Shown piece after piece: positions 17,937 to 26,163 of a stretch of DNA of 43,945 nucleotides. A model generated the notes under the pieces. The model was not told the DNA's origin. It made no database searches and saw nothing but the letters and a program-made list of their open reading frames with translations. Both the position numbers and the translations under genes were made by a program. The DNA is from a virus, in IMG/VR virus record IMGVR_UViG_3300017698_000057, positions 1-43,945 of that record; one strand, written 5' to 3'. Within the stretch, counting starts at the first letter, position 1; every line of letters starts with the position of its first letter.

Positions 17937-18719
17937 CTATCCTTTCGCCTGATTGGCATTGATGTGTTTCAGTCGCTCGAAGGGTGGCAATTTTTCGAGA
18001 TCGACCGTGGTTTGCGCGCGGGGAACGTCGGACCCAGGCCCGCGCGGGGCGAAAAGGGTCTCAAGGGCTCGAACGCCTTCATAAGTGGTCGCTGCGGCGG
18101 CCAGGGCGTTCACTTGGTCGGTGGGAAGGCGGGTCTGCATCGCCCGCAGCACGCGGTTCAGACGGGCTTCGCGCTGTGCGTCGTTGGCGCCGAGTTTCGC
18201 GGCCTCGGCTTTCGCGGCCTGGTACAGCTTCGCGGTTTCCGCCGCCTTGTACTTGGCGAGAAGGCCCATGACCTTCTGCGAGGCTTCCGCCGGGGCACCA
18301 AGGTCTTTCAGGAACTCGCCGAGTTCGCCGAACAGCGGTTTGAAATCCTCGTCATCGGTCGCCAGGTCGACGGCGAACCCTTCGGACAGGTCCAGTTCGC
18401 CGAAGTCCATGTCCTCGGGAACGGAAAAGTCATATTCGCCGTTCTCGGGAACCAGCCCGTCCGCTTCCGCGCGGCGGGCCTGTTCGGCCAGAAGTTCCTG
18501 GTAGTGGTTCTTGAAACCGTCCAGATCGGGGTTTCCATCATCCGTGCGGTAATCGTCCGGGATGAAGGACAGGTCCGGGCCAGTATCCGGTTCGGTGGCC
18601 ACGGGCGGATCAGCGGGCGGGTCCGCAGGCGGGTCGGCGGGAGTCGGATCACCCCCGCCGCCCGCGCCGGGCTCCGCTGTGTCCCTCGGAATGTCTGTCC
18701 AGTTCAGTCCGTATTTCAT
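17937..18719 (-). CDS. Scaffolding protein
   Basis: 260 aa, acidic, with PADPPADPPADPP repeats and an Ala/Lys-rich helical C-terminus. AGGAGGA lies upstream of the ATG (MKYGLNW). It sits between portal and capsid. Confidence 0.7.
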   Translation of the reverse strand: MKYGLNWTDIPRDTAEPGAGGGGDPTPADPPADPPADPPVATEPDTGPDLSFIPDDYRTDDGNPDLDGFKNHYQELLAEQARRAEADGLVPENGEYDFSVPEDMDFGELDLSEGFAVDLATDDEDFKPLFGELGEFLKDLGAPAEASQKVMGLLAKYKAAETAKLYQAAKAEAAKLGANDAQREARLNRVLRAMQTRLPTDQVNALAAAATTYEGVRALETLFAPRGPGSDVPRAQTTVDLEKLPPFERLKHINANQAKG

Positions 18720-19047
18720 CGCTCGCAATCCTCCTCAGATCGAGGGCGATGAAACGCTGAGAGTTGAGCGCGTCCAATGCACAGGCATCGGCATCCGGCG
18801 GAAGGAAAAATTCTTGGGTCGATTTTTCCAGCAATTCCAACAGCATAGCGCCGTGTTCCGTTGCCGCGACGGCTTGAACCGCCGCAACCGCCTGATCGGC
18901 TTTCTCCTTCAATCCCTTGCCGGGGGTGATGCGGTCGGCCTGGTAGAGATGCAGCAGGTAGTCGATGACGGGTCCGGGTTTACTCAGCCGGCGGGGCAGC
19001 CTGTTGGGCAACGTCCTGTTCCTCCTTGCGCAGCACGACGAGTTCAT
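18649..19047 (-). CDS. Possible small ORF in the portal-scaffold gap (start unresolved)
   Basis: Third-codon-position GC is high downstream of the portal stop (DYLLHLYQADRITPGKG...). The only upstream start (19047) lies 68 nt inside the portal gene. A TTG exists at the Leu of GKGLKEK. Confidence 0.25.
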   Translation of the reverse strand: MNSSCCARRNRTLPNRLPRRLSKPGPVIDYLLHLYQADRITPGKGLKEKADQAVAAVQAVAATEHGAMLLELLEKSTQEFFLPPDADACALDALNSQRFIALDLRRIASDEIRTELDRHSEGHSGARRGRRG

Positions 19048-20488
19048 CGCCGGATGCGTCGATGATGTTGGTGAAGGTCTTGATCGGGTCGATGAAGCCG
19101 AACACGTTGTCTTGGAACACGCTGAATGCCAGATCGAGGTTGGAGCGCGCGACCAGCACCTTGTCGTTGTTCTGGGCCCGTTGCAGGGGCGAGACGGGCG
19201 TTACCTTGATGTCGGTGCCGTTGTGGCTCAGGGCCTCGGGGATGCGGCCCATCGTGACGCCGAGATATTCGACGCGCTGGATGAAGGGGATGAACAGTTC
19301 GGTCCAGAGGGGGGCGGAAGGTTTGCCGATCCGCTGTTGCACGCGGCGCCGTTCGTCCACCCACTGCGTTGCCGACGGCGGGGTGTCGCCACGCTGGCGC
19401 GGGCCGTCCTGGTAGAAGGCGGCGCGAAGCCGTTCCTCGATCTTGCCTTCCTGGAAATAGCCGGCGTCGGGGGCCGGCGACTGCGGAAACTCGTAGATGC
19501 GATCTCGGGTGAAGCCGCGCGATGCGGGATAGGCCCGGCCCCGTTCAAGGCCCTCGGACATGTCGATGAAGCCGTCATCGGGATAGATGATGGTGTCCTT
19601 GAGCGTGTCCTCCATCGCCGTCAGGACGTATTCCTCGACGCGATCGAGCGTGCGCATGTCGGGCAGGGCCTTCCACCCGGCGCCGCGGCCCCAAGGCCGT
19701 CCGGGTTGGGGGTTGAAGCGGCCGACCAAGAGCGGGCAGACGCCGCCCGACAGGTCGCCAAGCGTTTCGGTGCCGGTGACGGGGTGCCCATCGACGGTGA
19801 TTTCCATCATCCACATGGGCCGAACGGGATCTGACCAGTCCACCCAGAAGCCCCAGACCACGCTGACCTCGGCATCGTCCTTGTTCATGGCCGTCTGGAT
19901 TTTGCGGTCGGACAGGTCGATCTCGATGCCGGGCATCATCAGCAGGTGGTTCAGGTCGCGGGCCATCACCTTGACCTCGCGGAATCGGTCGAGAATGCCG
20001 CGGTGGCCGCAGATCACGTAGAGTTCGTGCGGCGGGACGATCTCGACGTGCATCTGGTCGCCGATGGATGATTGCGTGACCCACATGCCGGGGGTGCCGT
20101 GGGTTGCGGCCTCGAAGCCCCATTGCGGCGCCACGTCGTTGTAGTTGGACGTGCTGATCAGGTCGAACAGGTCGTTCTCGCGGCGCTGCACGATCTCGCG
20201 CACTTCGTTTGCGTCCGCCTCATCGACCTCGGAAATCACGGCATATTCGGCCCATTGTGCTTCCGGCGGCGTGTAGTAGGACACCAGGTCGGCGGCGAGA
20301 TCGGACGCCAAATCCTCGGGCAGAGAATGGAAGTTCTGCGGCTCGTAGGTGGACATCGACTTGGTGAAGTCGAACTCGCGGCCGGGCGCGCAGAACTTGA
20401 AGATTTCCTCGATGGTCGGGCGCACGACGTTGCGCCACTTCTTCGCCGCCGCAAAGCGGGTCTTGAAGGCTTTCGACGGCTCTTTCAT
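18980..20488 (-). CDS. Portal (head-to-tail connector) protein
   Basis: 502 aa located upstream of scaffold and capsid. The sequence resembles T7-type connectors. Confidence 0.75.
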   Translation of the reverse strand: MKEPSKAFKTRFAAAKKWRNVVRPTIEEIFKFCAPGREFDFTKSMSTYEPQNFHSLPEDLASDLAADLVSYYTPPEAQWAEYAVISEVDEADANEVREIVQRRENDLFDLISTSNYNDVAPQWGFEAATHGTPGMWVTQSSIGDQMHVEIVPPHELYVICGHRGILDRFREVKVMARDLNHLLMMPGIEIDLSDRKIQTAMNKDDAEVSVVWGFWVDWSDPVRPMWMMEITVDGHPVTGTETLGDLSGGVCPLLVGRFNPQPGRPWGRGAGWKALPDMRTLDRVEEYVLTAMEDTLKDTIIYPDDGFIDMSEGLERGRAYPASRGFTRDRIYEFPQSPAPDAGYFQEGKIEERLRAAFYQDGPRQRGDTPPSATQWVDERRRVQQRIGKPSAPLWTELFIPFIQRVEYLGVTMGRIPEALSHNGTDIKVTPVSPLQRAQNNDKVLVARSNLDLAFSVFQDNVFGFIDPIKTFTNIIDASGDELVVLRKEEQDVAQQAAPPAE

Positions 20489-20655
20489 CAGCGGGATACG
20501 GTGCTGAACAGGCTCGGGCGGCTGTAGACTGCCGACAGGTCTTTGGTCAGGCTGGCGGCGTTTTTCTGCGCGGCATCGCGCCGATCAGCTTCCGCTCGCT
20601 TGCGTTGCCGTTCCCGTTCCGCCTTCGCCACTGGATCTTCCTTCGGACCTTTCAT
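20488..20655 (-). CDS. Possible 55-aa highly charged protein (not in the ORF track)
   Basis: MKGPKEDPVAKAERERQRKRAEADRRDAAQKNAASLTKDLSAVYSRPSLFSTVSR. GGAGA lies 6 nt upstream. Its stop overlaps the portal ATG as TGATG. It overlaps the 3' end of the 153-aa ORF by 71 nt. Confidence 0.4.
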   Translation of the reverse strand: MKGPKEDPVAKAERERQRKRAEADRRDAAQKNAASLTKDLSAVYSRPSLFSTVSR

Positions 20656-21046
20656 GAACTATCTCCGCTCCATTTTCGAGCAACATGCGCCGGAAACCTC
20701 GCAGGGTGTATGCACGCCACCCCAAGAGGGCCGCGCATTGGGTTCCGCAGTGCAGGTGCGGGCGGATCATGGGGTAGGTGATGCGGTCGGTGCGGTGGCC
20801 GATCTTGAGGATTTCGCGGCACCGCATGAAGCGTTCCTGCCCGAAATCAAGGATTTCCTCGTAGAGATGCGTGATTTCGATGATCGTGTGCCGGCCGCGC
20901 GGGTCGAAGAACAGCCATGTCCCGTCGATGGTGTATCCCCATGCCTCGACGTGGCCGAACATGGTGGTGACGCTTTCCCGGCCGCGGGCGATGTCGATCA
21001 GCGAGCCCCGATCATGGAAGCCGAAGTACCATTCGTGAATGTTCAC
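20585..21046 (-). CDS. Hypothetical 153-aa protein between terminase and portal
   Basis: The GTG start overlaps the TerL stop as GTGA and has AGGAGG 6 nt upstream. No family was recognised. Confidence 0.55.
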   Translation of the reverse strand: MNIHEWYFGFHDRGSLIDIARGRESVTTMFGHVEAWGYTIDGTWLFFDPRGRHTIIEITHLYEEILDFGQERFMRCREILKIGHRTDRITYPMIRPHLHCGTQCAALLGWRAYTLRGFRRMLLENGAEIVHERSEGRSSGEGGTGTATQASGS

Positions 21047-23496
21047 GCGCGCCTCCTGATGGATGATCTGCGCACGGGCGAGGGTGCCGCGCGCTTCGTG
21101 GTGGCGCGGCTGACAATGGCATCACCTTCGCCGCCGCCCATGAGGCCGTTTTCCAACGCCTCGACGATATGGGAATAGCGGTTCTTGACGGGCCGGGGCG
21201 AGTAGAGGCCGGCGGTGCCCTGGATTTTCTTGTAGTGGTAGCCGCCTGCCATGCCGGTTCGCAGGGTGAGGCATTTGGGGTTGATGCGCATACCGTTGCG
21301 GCGGGCCAGAACGCCGTCGACGGTGGAGCGCCGCATTTCGGGGTTATTGTCCGTGGTGGCGGGAAAGACCGTGATGCCTTCGCGCTCGAAGATGTCGTAG
21401 GCGGTGGTTTCGTCGCTTTGGGTCCGGTCGGCGCCGCGCGGGTCGCCCCACGCCTCGAAGTCCATGCCGGGAAATTTCGTCGCAAGAACGCGCTTCACGC
21501 GCGGCGCGAACAGGGTGGCGCTTTCGTTGTCGCCGATCAGTTCTTCGAGGACATTCCACTGGCCGTTGACGCATTGCATGAATGCGGCCGCCGGGTCGCG
21601 CCCGAAGTCCAGGCCTATGATGACGGGGAAGCCAGCGACCGGCTCGACATCGTAGCTGTGAACGTGATCCTGCTGCGAAAACGTGGGATATACCGCCTTG
21701 CCGCCGACGTAGAGGCCGACGCGGTTCATCACCCGCTGGTCGATCCAGTCCTTTTTCTTCGCCCGTATTTGCTGCATGTACGACTTCTTGAGATGCCGTT
21801 GGTTTTCGGCTTCCGGGTTCGGCTGATAGACAAGGTTGCCGTCGGCATCGCGCGTCTCGATCAGGCCCGGCGGCTGGACAAGGAACCGCCATAGCGGCTT
21901 GCCGTCCTCGTCGCGCGGGATCTCCATCATCGCCTTTTCCTCGTCCGTCCATTCCGGCGGAAACGGAATGTCGCCGCGCATGTAGGGTATCCAGTGCCCC
22001 TCAGACGGCGCGTTCAGGTCGATCATGCCGCCGTACCATGTCGCGCCGGGGCCACCCTTCGTCGAGGGATACCGGCCGCACCGCGAAAGAAGTTCGTCAA
22101 CAACCTCCTTCTCGACGAACTGACCTTCGTTGATCCAGAACCCGGTGATCTCGAACGACGCCGCTTCCTGTTCCGCCGTCTCCGGCCCGTCGATCGCTAT
22201 GAAGATCACCTCGCACTCGACCTTCGTTCCATCCCCGGACGGATGCCCGCGCCGCAGCACATGCGACATCGGCTCCGACCGGATCATGTCGCCCCACTCG
22301 TGTTCAGGAAACCAGTCCAGCCAGGTCTTGATCGTCGTTTTCTTCAACTGACGGTACGAACTCCGCACCACAAGCCATCGCGTCCGTCGAACGCCGTCGA
22401 AATCCGGCTCCTGCTCAAGCGCCAGCTTCCATATCCGGTGGCACGAACACGTCGACGTTCCGGAGTTCCCGGTCACGAAGATGCGCCCGTTGTGGCGCGC
22501 AAGAAAGAACCCCGTTGATGTGGTGAAGCAGTATTTTCGGGCCGCTGGAACGCGCTCGATCTGGATTCCGTCCGCCCTGATGCCCACAGAAGATTTCGCG
22601 CTTCCCTTGTGTGTGATGTGGACACTGTAGATCGGCGCCCAATCGGGATTGCGGCTGTCGATCTTCTTCGTGATCGTAGCTCGCCGGCCTGTGGCGTGAG
22701 CGCAATATTGGATGAACTCCGCGGTGCGCAGGCAGGTTCCGTCAAATCGAACATCGTCACCGCTGAAAAGACCGTCCCAGTGCTTCACTTCGTCGAGAAC
22801 GACCTCGCACTTGGCAGACCCACACCCGATGAAGTTCAACTCCTTGCTCATCCAAGGCTGGCGTTGAAAGGCGAACGTCAACTCCGTCGGCCTGGTCGAG
22901 TGCTGATGTTCATCGAACGGGATACCGGCCCGGATCAAGAGTTGCCGAAGGCGATCCTTCTTTCGCTCCTTCCGAACCGTGACGACGACCTGATTTCCCT
23001 GCTTCGGGAAGCAACCGTCGGCAGCAATTGCCACCGCCAACCGGAGCTGTGCCTCATCGAACGGTGCGCCGCGCGCATGGAACGTCGTCGGCAGCGTGTA
23101 CCGCCCAGGCGCCGCCGCAACATCGGAAGCCAGCCGCACGCGGAAATCGCCGTTCCGATCATACAGTGCCACGCGATGTTCATCGGACAGCATCATCGAA
23201 AGCGAGTGCTGGTTGTGAAACCACCACATTTCGGAGCACGGCTTGTCCACGTAGGCAGACGGATGCTCGAACCACGCCTCGCCAGTTTCCGACCAAACGA
23301 AAACACGGTCGCCGTCCGACCATTCATCCATTCGCTTCCAGCCGTAGGGCGTCAGGAACTCCGTATCGCCGCTCAAACAGCCGATCGGCCCCTGGATCAC
23401 CACCAACTCGCTCTTGTCGTGAAGATACTGCTCAAGAACACGCCCGTCGGGCTCATAGACCAGGTTCCCCCGCGGCGTCCGCGCCAGACCCGCCAT
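21043..23496 (-). CDS. terL: Terminase large subunit, interrupted by an intein
   Basis: 817-aa precursor starting MAGLARTPRGN, with its ATG overlapping the upstream stop as TGATG. It has an ATPase N-terminus and a nuclease-like C-terminus. Removing residues 40-344 leaves 512 aa. Confidence 0.8.
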   Translation of the reverse strand: MAGLARTPRGNLVYEPDGRVLEQYLHDKSELVVIQGPIGCLSGDTEFLTPYGWKRMDEWSDGDRVFVWSETGEAWFEHPSAYVDKPCSEMWWFHNQHSLSMMLSDEHRVALYDRNGDFRVRLASDVAAAPGRYTLPTTFHARGAPFDEAQLRLAVAIAADGCFPKQGNQVVVTVRKERKKDRLRQLLIRAGIPFDEHQHSTRPTELTFAFQRQPWMSKELNFIGCGSAKCEVVLDEVKHWDGLFSGDDVRFDGTCLRTAEFIQYCAHATGRRATITKKIDSRNPDWAPIYSVHITHKGSAKSSVGIRADGIQIERVPAARKYCFTTSTGFFLARHNGRIFVTGNSGTSTCSCHRIWKLALEQEPDFDGVRRTRWLVVRSSYRQLKKTTIKTWLDWFPEHEWGDMIRSEPMSHVLRRGHPSGDGTKVECEVIFIAIDGPETAEQEAASFEITGFWINEGQFVEKEVVDELLSRCGRYPSTKGGPGATWYGGMIDLNAPSEGHWIPYMRGDIPFPPEWTDEEKAMMEIPRDEDGKPLWRFLVQPPGLIETRDADGNLVYQPNPEAENQRHLKKSYMQQIRAKKKDWIDQRVMNRVGLYVGGKAVYPTFSQQDHVHSYDVEPVAGFPVIIGLDFGRDPAAAFMQCVNGQWNVLEELIGDNESATLFAPRVKRVLATKFPGMDFEAWGDPRGADRTQSDETTAYDIFEREGITVFPATTDNNPEMRRSTVDGVLARRNGMRINPKCLTLRTGMAGGYHYKKIQGTAGLYSPRPVKNRYSHIVEALENGLMGGGEGDAIVSRATTKRAAPSPVRRSSIRRRA
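22465..23379 (-). mobile_element. Intein (Hint domain plus LAGLIDADG-like endonuclease region) in the TerL P-loop
   Basis: It starts with Cys (TGT at 23377-23379) in CLSGDTEFLT, has block B LSDEH and the motif LAVAIAADGCF, and ends IFVTGN (AAC at 22465-22467) followed by Ser. Length is 305 aa. Confidence 0.7.
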
Positions 23497-23753
23497 CAGT
23501 CCGTCCCCCGTACAACATCCAACAACTCGGCGTGAGCCGCCGTCAAAGCGCCAAGCATCACGAACCCGCCGCACATCCCAGCAAGACGAAAACCCGCTGT
23601 CCCGTCAAAATGCTCGAACGCAAACACACCACCGACAATCTCGCCAGACCGCGCTGCCTCCAAAGCTGCCTCCAAAGCCGCAACCAACGTCGCATTCGGC
23701 TCCAAAACACCCGTAGGACCACCGCAAAGGCTCACAACTTTCCCGTCACTCAT
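23496..23753 (-). CDS. Hypothetical 85-aa protein immediately upstream of TerL (small terminase candidate)
   Basis: MSDGKVVSLCGGPTG... with GGGAGG 9 nt upstream. Its stop overlaps the TerL ATG. Its size is comparable to T7 gp18. Confidence 0.5.
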   Translation of the reverse strand: MSDGKVVSLCGGPTGVLEPNATLVAALEAALEAARSGEIVGGVFAFEHFDGTAGFRLAGMCGGFVMLGALTAAHAELLDVVRGTD

Positions 23754-23777
23754 ACCAAAATCCTCCCAAAATGTTCG

Positions 23778-23846
23778 GTTTGTGAAAGAAAGCACCCCAA
23801 AACACCCATACCCGCCCCGGAACATGTGTTGAATTTGTGAAAGAAA
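23778..23846. repeat. Two copies of a 13-bp AT-rich direct repeat, TTTGTGAAAGAAA
   Basis: Perfect copies at 23778-23790 and 23834-23846, with 17 of 20 bases matching when extended. A tandem CACAAAACC repeat follows at about 23859-23880. Confidence 0.85.
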
Positions 23847-23925
23847 TCGCCCTTCCAGCACCACAAAACCCACAAAACCCCAGCAAAATAAGGCGAAAAT
23901 ATAAAAAAATTTCGGACAATGGCGC

Positions 23926-23983
23926 GGGGGGGGGTGGTATACGCACTTTTGCCGCGCGCGATTTTAGCCCCCCCCCCACCCCC
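23926..23983. repeat. Opposed homopolymer tracts G9-T-GG and C10-A-C5
   Basis: G9 at 23926-23934 and C10AC5 at 23968-23983 flank an alternating GC core. They are partly complementary over an 8-bp stem. Confidence 0.85.
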
Positions 23984-24125
23984 GACGATGGGCCGCCCCC
24001 TGCCAGTGCAGATCGGGGCCGAGATGGGGCCGAGCCGGGCTGTTGTATCGCCCAGCATGTCACAACTATGGGCGCAAACCCCTTGTTTCATTGGCTCTGG
24101 CATGGCTGGTCCCACTGACTGCACA

Positions 24126-24665
24126 TCAGTTGCCCGCATCATCTGGCCCCTGACCCGTCACATCCTCGGCCGATCCCTCGATCTCTACCACGCGCTGCCC
24201 AGGTCGGGCATACTCGTAACCCCCTGAATTTACGGTGTTATTTATCGTGATCGACGCCGCCGGAGACGCCTCGCGCCTGAAGAACTCGACCATGCGCGCC
24301 TTCACCTGTTCGCTTTTTGCGTTGTCAAGGAGGTAAGCAGCTACCTCAAGTGCGCGTGCTTTGTGCCGCAGCGCGAGGTCTTCACAGTGTTGAATATACT
24401 TGTCTTTTTCGATTTCGTAGAGGGCTTTAACATGCTCTTGCCTGAACGCCTTGTGCCATGCAGCTTCGGAGAGGTCAGCGAGGGCGCATGCTTCCTTGAT
24501 CGTCAGGCCCTTGTGGACCCTGTTCTTGATTGCCTTGCGTAGTTTTGCGCTTACGCGCCGGGCTCCGCCCCGCTTCACTCCCCCTGTAGGTGGTTTATCG
24601 TGGCATATCTCGACGGGCCCGGCCCTGGTCTCGATGGTGGTAAATCCGCGCGGTTCTTTTGTCAT
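24126..24665 (-). CDS. HTH DNA-binding protein (small terminase or late-gene regulator candidate)
   Basis: 179 aa with the HTH-like segment GLTIKEACALADLSEAAWHKAF followed by a helical region. It is the first gene of the minus-strand late block. Confidence 0.45.
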   Translation of the reverse strand: MTKEPRGFTTIETRAGPVEICHDKPPTGGVKRGGARRVSAKLRKAIKNRVHKGLTIKEACALADLSEAAWHKAFRQEHVKALYEIEKDKYIQHCEDLALRHKARALEVAAYLLDNAKSEQVKARMVEFFRREASPAASITINNTVNSGGYEYARPGQRVVEIEGSAEDVTGQGPDDAGN

Positions 24666-24752
24666 GCGGCGGATGATGCGGCGGCGGCGTCGGTCTTATC
24701 TATGCACGATGGCGGCGCGGCTCTTTCCCGATCATTTTTTTCGCTTTTGGTC

Positions 24753-24781
24753 TTGACCGGCGGTTTTTCTGTTCTTATATC
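24753..24781 (+). promoter_or_regulatory. Sigma70-like promoter for the plus-strand island
   Basis: TTGACC (24753-24758), a 17-nt spacer and TATATC (24776-24781), 50 nt upstream of the ATG at 24831. Confidence 0.5.
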
Positions 24782-24830
24782 TCGGTCATGGGCGCCGGAA
24801 ACGCCCGACCACACAGAGAGAGGAAAGACC

Positions 24831-25052
24831 ATGAGCATCATTGACCGCCTCAATTCCGGCGAACTGCACGCCGCCGCACGCGCCCGCCGTCCCGATTGTG
24901 TGGATGGCAACGGCAACATTCACGTTTCGCCCGAACGCGCGCGCTTTGTTGATTGGCTGCGCCGGATGAAAACCATCTACGGCGATGACGTGGCCGAGTG
25001 GCCGCCGATCCCGCGCGCCGAATACGCCCGCAAATATGTGCCGTCGCACTGA
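24831..25052 (+). CDS. Hypothetical 73-aa protein
   Basis: Preceded by CACAGAGAGAGGAAAGACC before the ATG. Third-codon-position GC is high. Confidence 0.6.
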   Translation: MSIIDRLNSGELHAAARARRPDCVDGNGNIHVSPERARFVDWLRRMKTIYGDDVAEWPPIPRAEYARKYVPSH

Positions 25053-25144
25053 CCCATCTACGGCGGCTTTCCGAAGCCGTCGCTACATGGGCCAGACCAT
25101 GACCCGGACGGAAACCGGGGAAACACAGAGAGAGAGGATTAAAG

Positions 25145-25741
25145 ATGGCAACTCGCGCAACGTACACAATCGACGGCGTAAACTTTTACTGCCACTGGGA
25201 CGGCTACCCCGCTGGCGCGGCGGGCCGCTTCATCGCCATGATTGAGGCAATGACCGCCATAGAGGATGACCCCAAGCGCGCATGGTGCGGGCCTTTCCAA
25301 GATCGGCGCGGCGGCGCGGCCTTCGCGTTCATCCGTGGCAATCTCGATGCAGAGCCAGCTTGGCCGGGCGGCCACGGCGACACCGAATTTCATTACGAGA
25401 TCTGGACCGCCGACGATGGCCGCCTGCACATCCACTACAAAGAACGCCACTACGGCGACGACTGGAATCCGGTTGATACCCTGACGCTGGCCGAGTTCTG
25501 CAATCGCCACGGCCGAAAGTTCGATTTGCCGCGCGTGGTCGAGATGCGGGAAGATGCCTACGGCGTCGCCGGCCACGTGACCCGGTACAAGATCGCCACT
25601 GCACCCACGGCAGAGCGCGCGGTTTCGCACCAAGTCGCACGGGCCGAGGAATACGGAGACCAGAACCCGAACGCCAAAGAATGCCTCAAGCGCGCCGACG
25701 CATGGCGTATCGCCTTGGAACTGGACGGCCAACCGGCCTGA
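25145..25741 (+). CDS. Hypothetical 198-aa protein (contains YCHWDGYP)
   Basis: Preceded by CACAGAGAGAGAGGATTAAAG before the ATG. No family was recognised. Confidence 0.65.
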   Translation: MATRATYTIDGVNFYCHWDGYPAGAAGRFIAMIEAMTAIEDDPKRAWCGPFQDRRGGAAFAFIRGNLDAEPAWPGGHGDTEFHYEIWTADDGRLHIHYKERHYGDDWNPVDTLTLAEFCNRHGRKFDLPRVVEMREDAYGVAGHVTRYKIATAPTAERAVSHQVARAEEYGDQNPNAKECLKRADAWRIALELDGQPA

Positions 25742-25812
25742 CGCATCGCCGGCGGCCCCGTGCGGGCCGTCGCACCATGCGCCAGAGCATGACAACCAGA
25801 GGAGATAGACAG

Positions 25813-25980
25813 ATGACCAATCAAGCCACCGGAGCCAGCCAGCATGACATTGGGCGGCAAGCAATCGTCAAGGGGTTCTCGGGGACGGGAACAGTCTCGC
25901 GCGTCATTGGCCGCACTGTTGAGATTGAACTGCCCTACGGCAAGGTCTCTGCCGACCAAGATAACGTCATAGTCAAATGA
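25813..25980 (+). CDS. Hypothetical 55-aa protein
   Basis: AGAGGAGA Shine-Dalgarno 7 nt upstream. The sequence is MTNQATGASQHDIGRQAIVKGFSGTGTVSRVIGRTVEIELPYGKV... Confidence 0.5.
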   Translation: MTNQATGASQHDIGRQAIVKGFSGTGTVSRVIGRTVEIELPYGKVSADQDNVIVK

Positions 25981-26163
25981 CCCCCGCTGAAATCCCCACC
26001 AGCGCACCCTACGCCCGGCCCATCAAACAGGCCGGGCAAAATCCTGCGCTCCATTTTGCGGGGTTTCCTGTTGCCCCGGCCCCATCCGGCAAGACCGGAT
26101 CGGAAAGGGGGCCAGGGCGGTTCCACAGAGAGCGGAACGGCCGCACCATAAAGGACGGATACC

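Noticed and set aside
21043-23574. Longest-ORF start for TerL (843 aa, MRRVRDAW...).
   Set aside because: The 26-codon extension overlaps the upstream 85-aa gene. The ATG at 23494-23496 overlaps that gene's stop as TGATG, like other junctions in this phage.
23746-24227. Track ORFs 23746-24063, 23750-24142, 23837-24118 and 23919-24227 in the terminase-upstream region.
   Set aside because: Their poly-Gly and poly-Pro translations derive from the G9 and C10 homopolymers. All four mutually overlap and lack ribosome-binding sites. I treat the region as non-coding.
26013-26037. Hairpin GCCCGGCC-N9-GGCCGGGC between the third and fourth island genes as a terminator.
   Set aside because: On the plus strand it is followed by AAAA, not a U-tract, and the T-run precedes it on the minus strand. 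The evidence is not sufficient to call a terminator.
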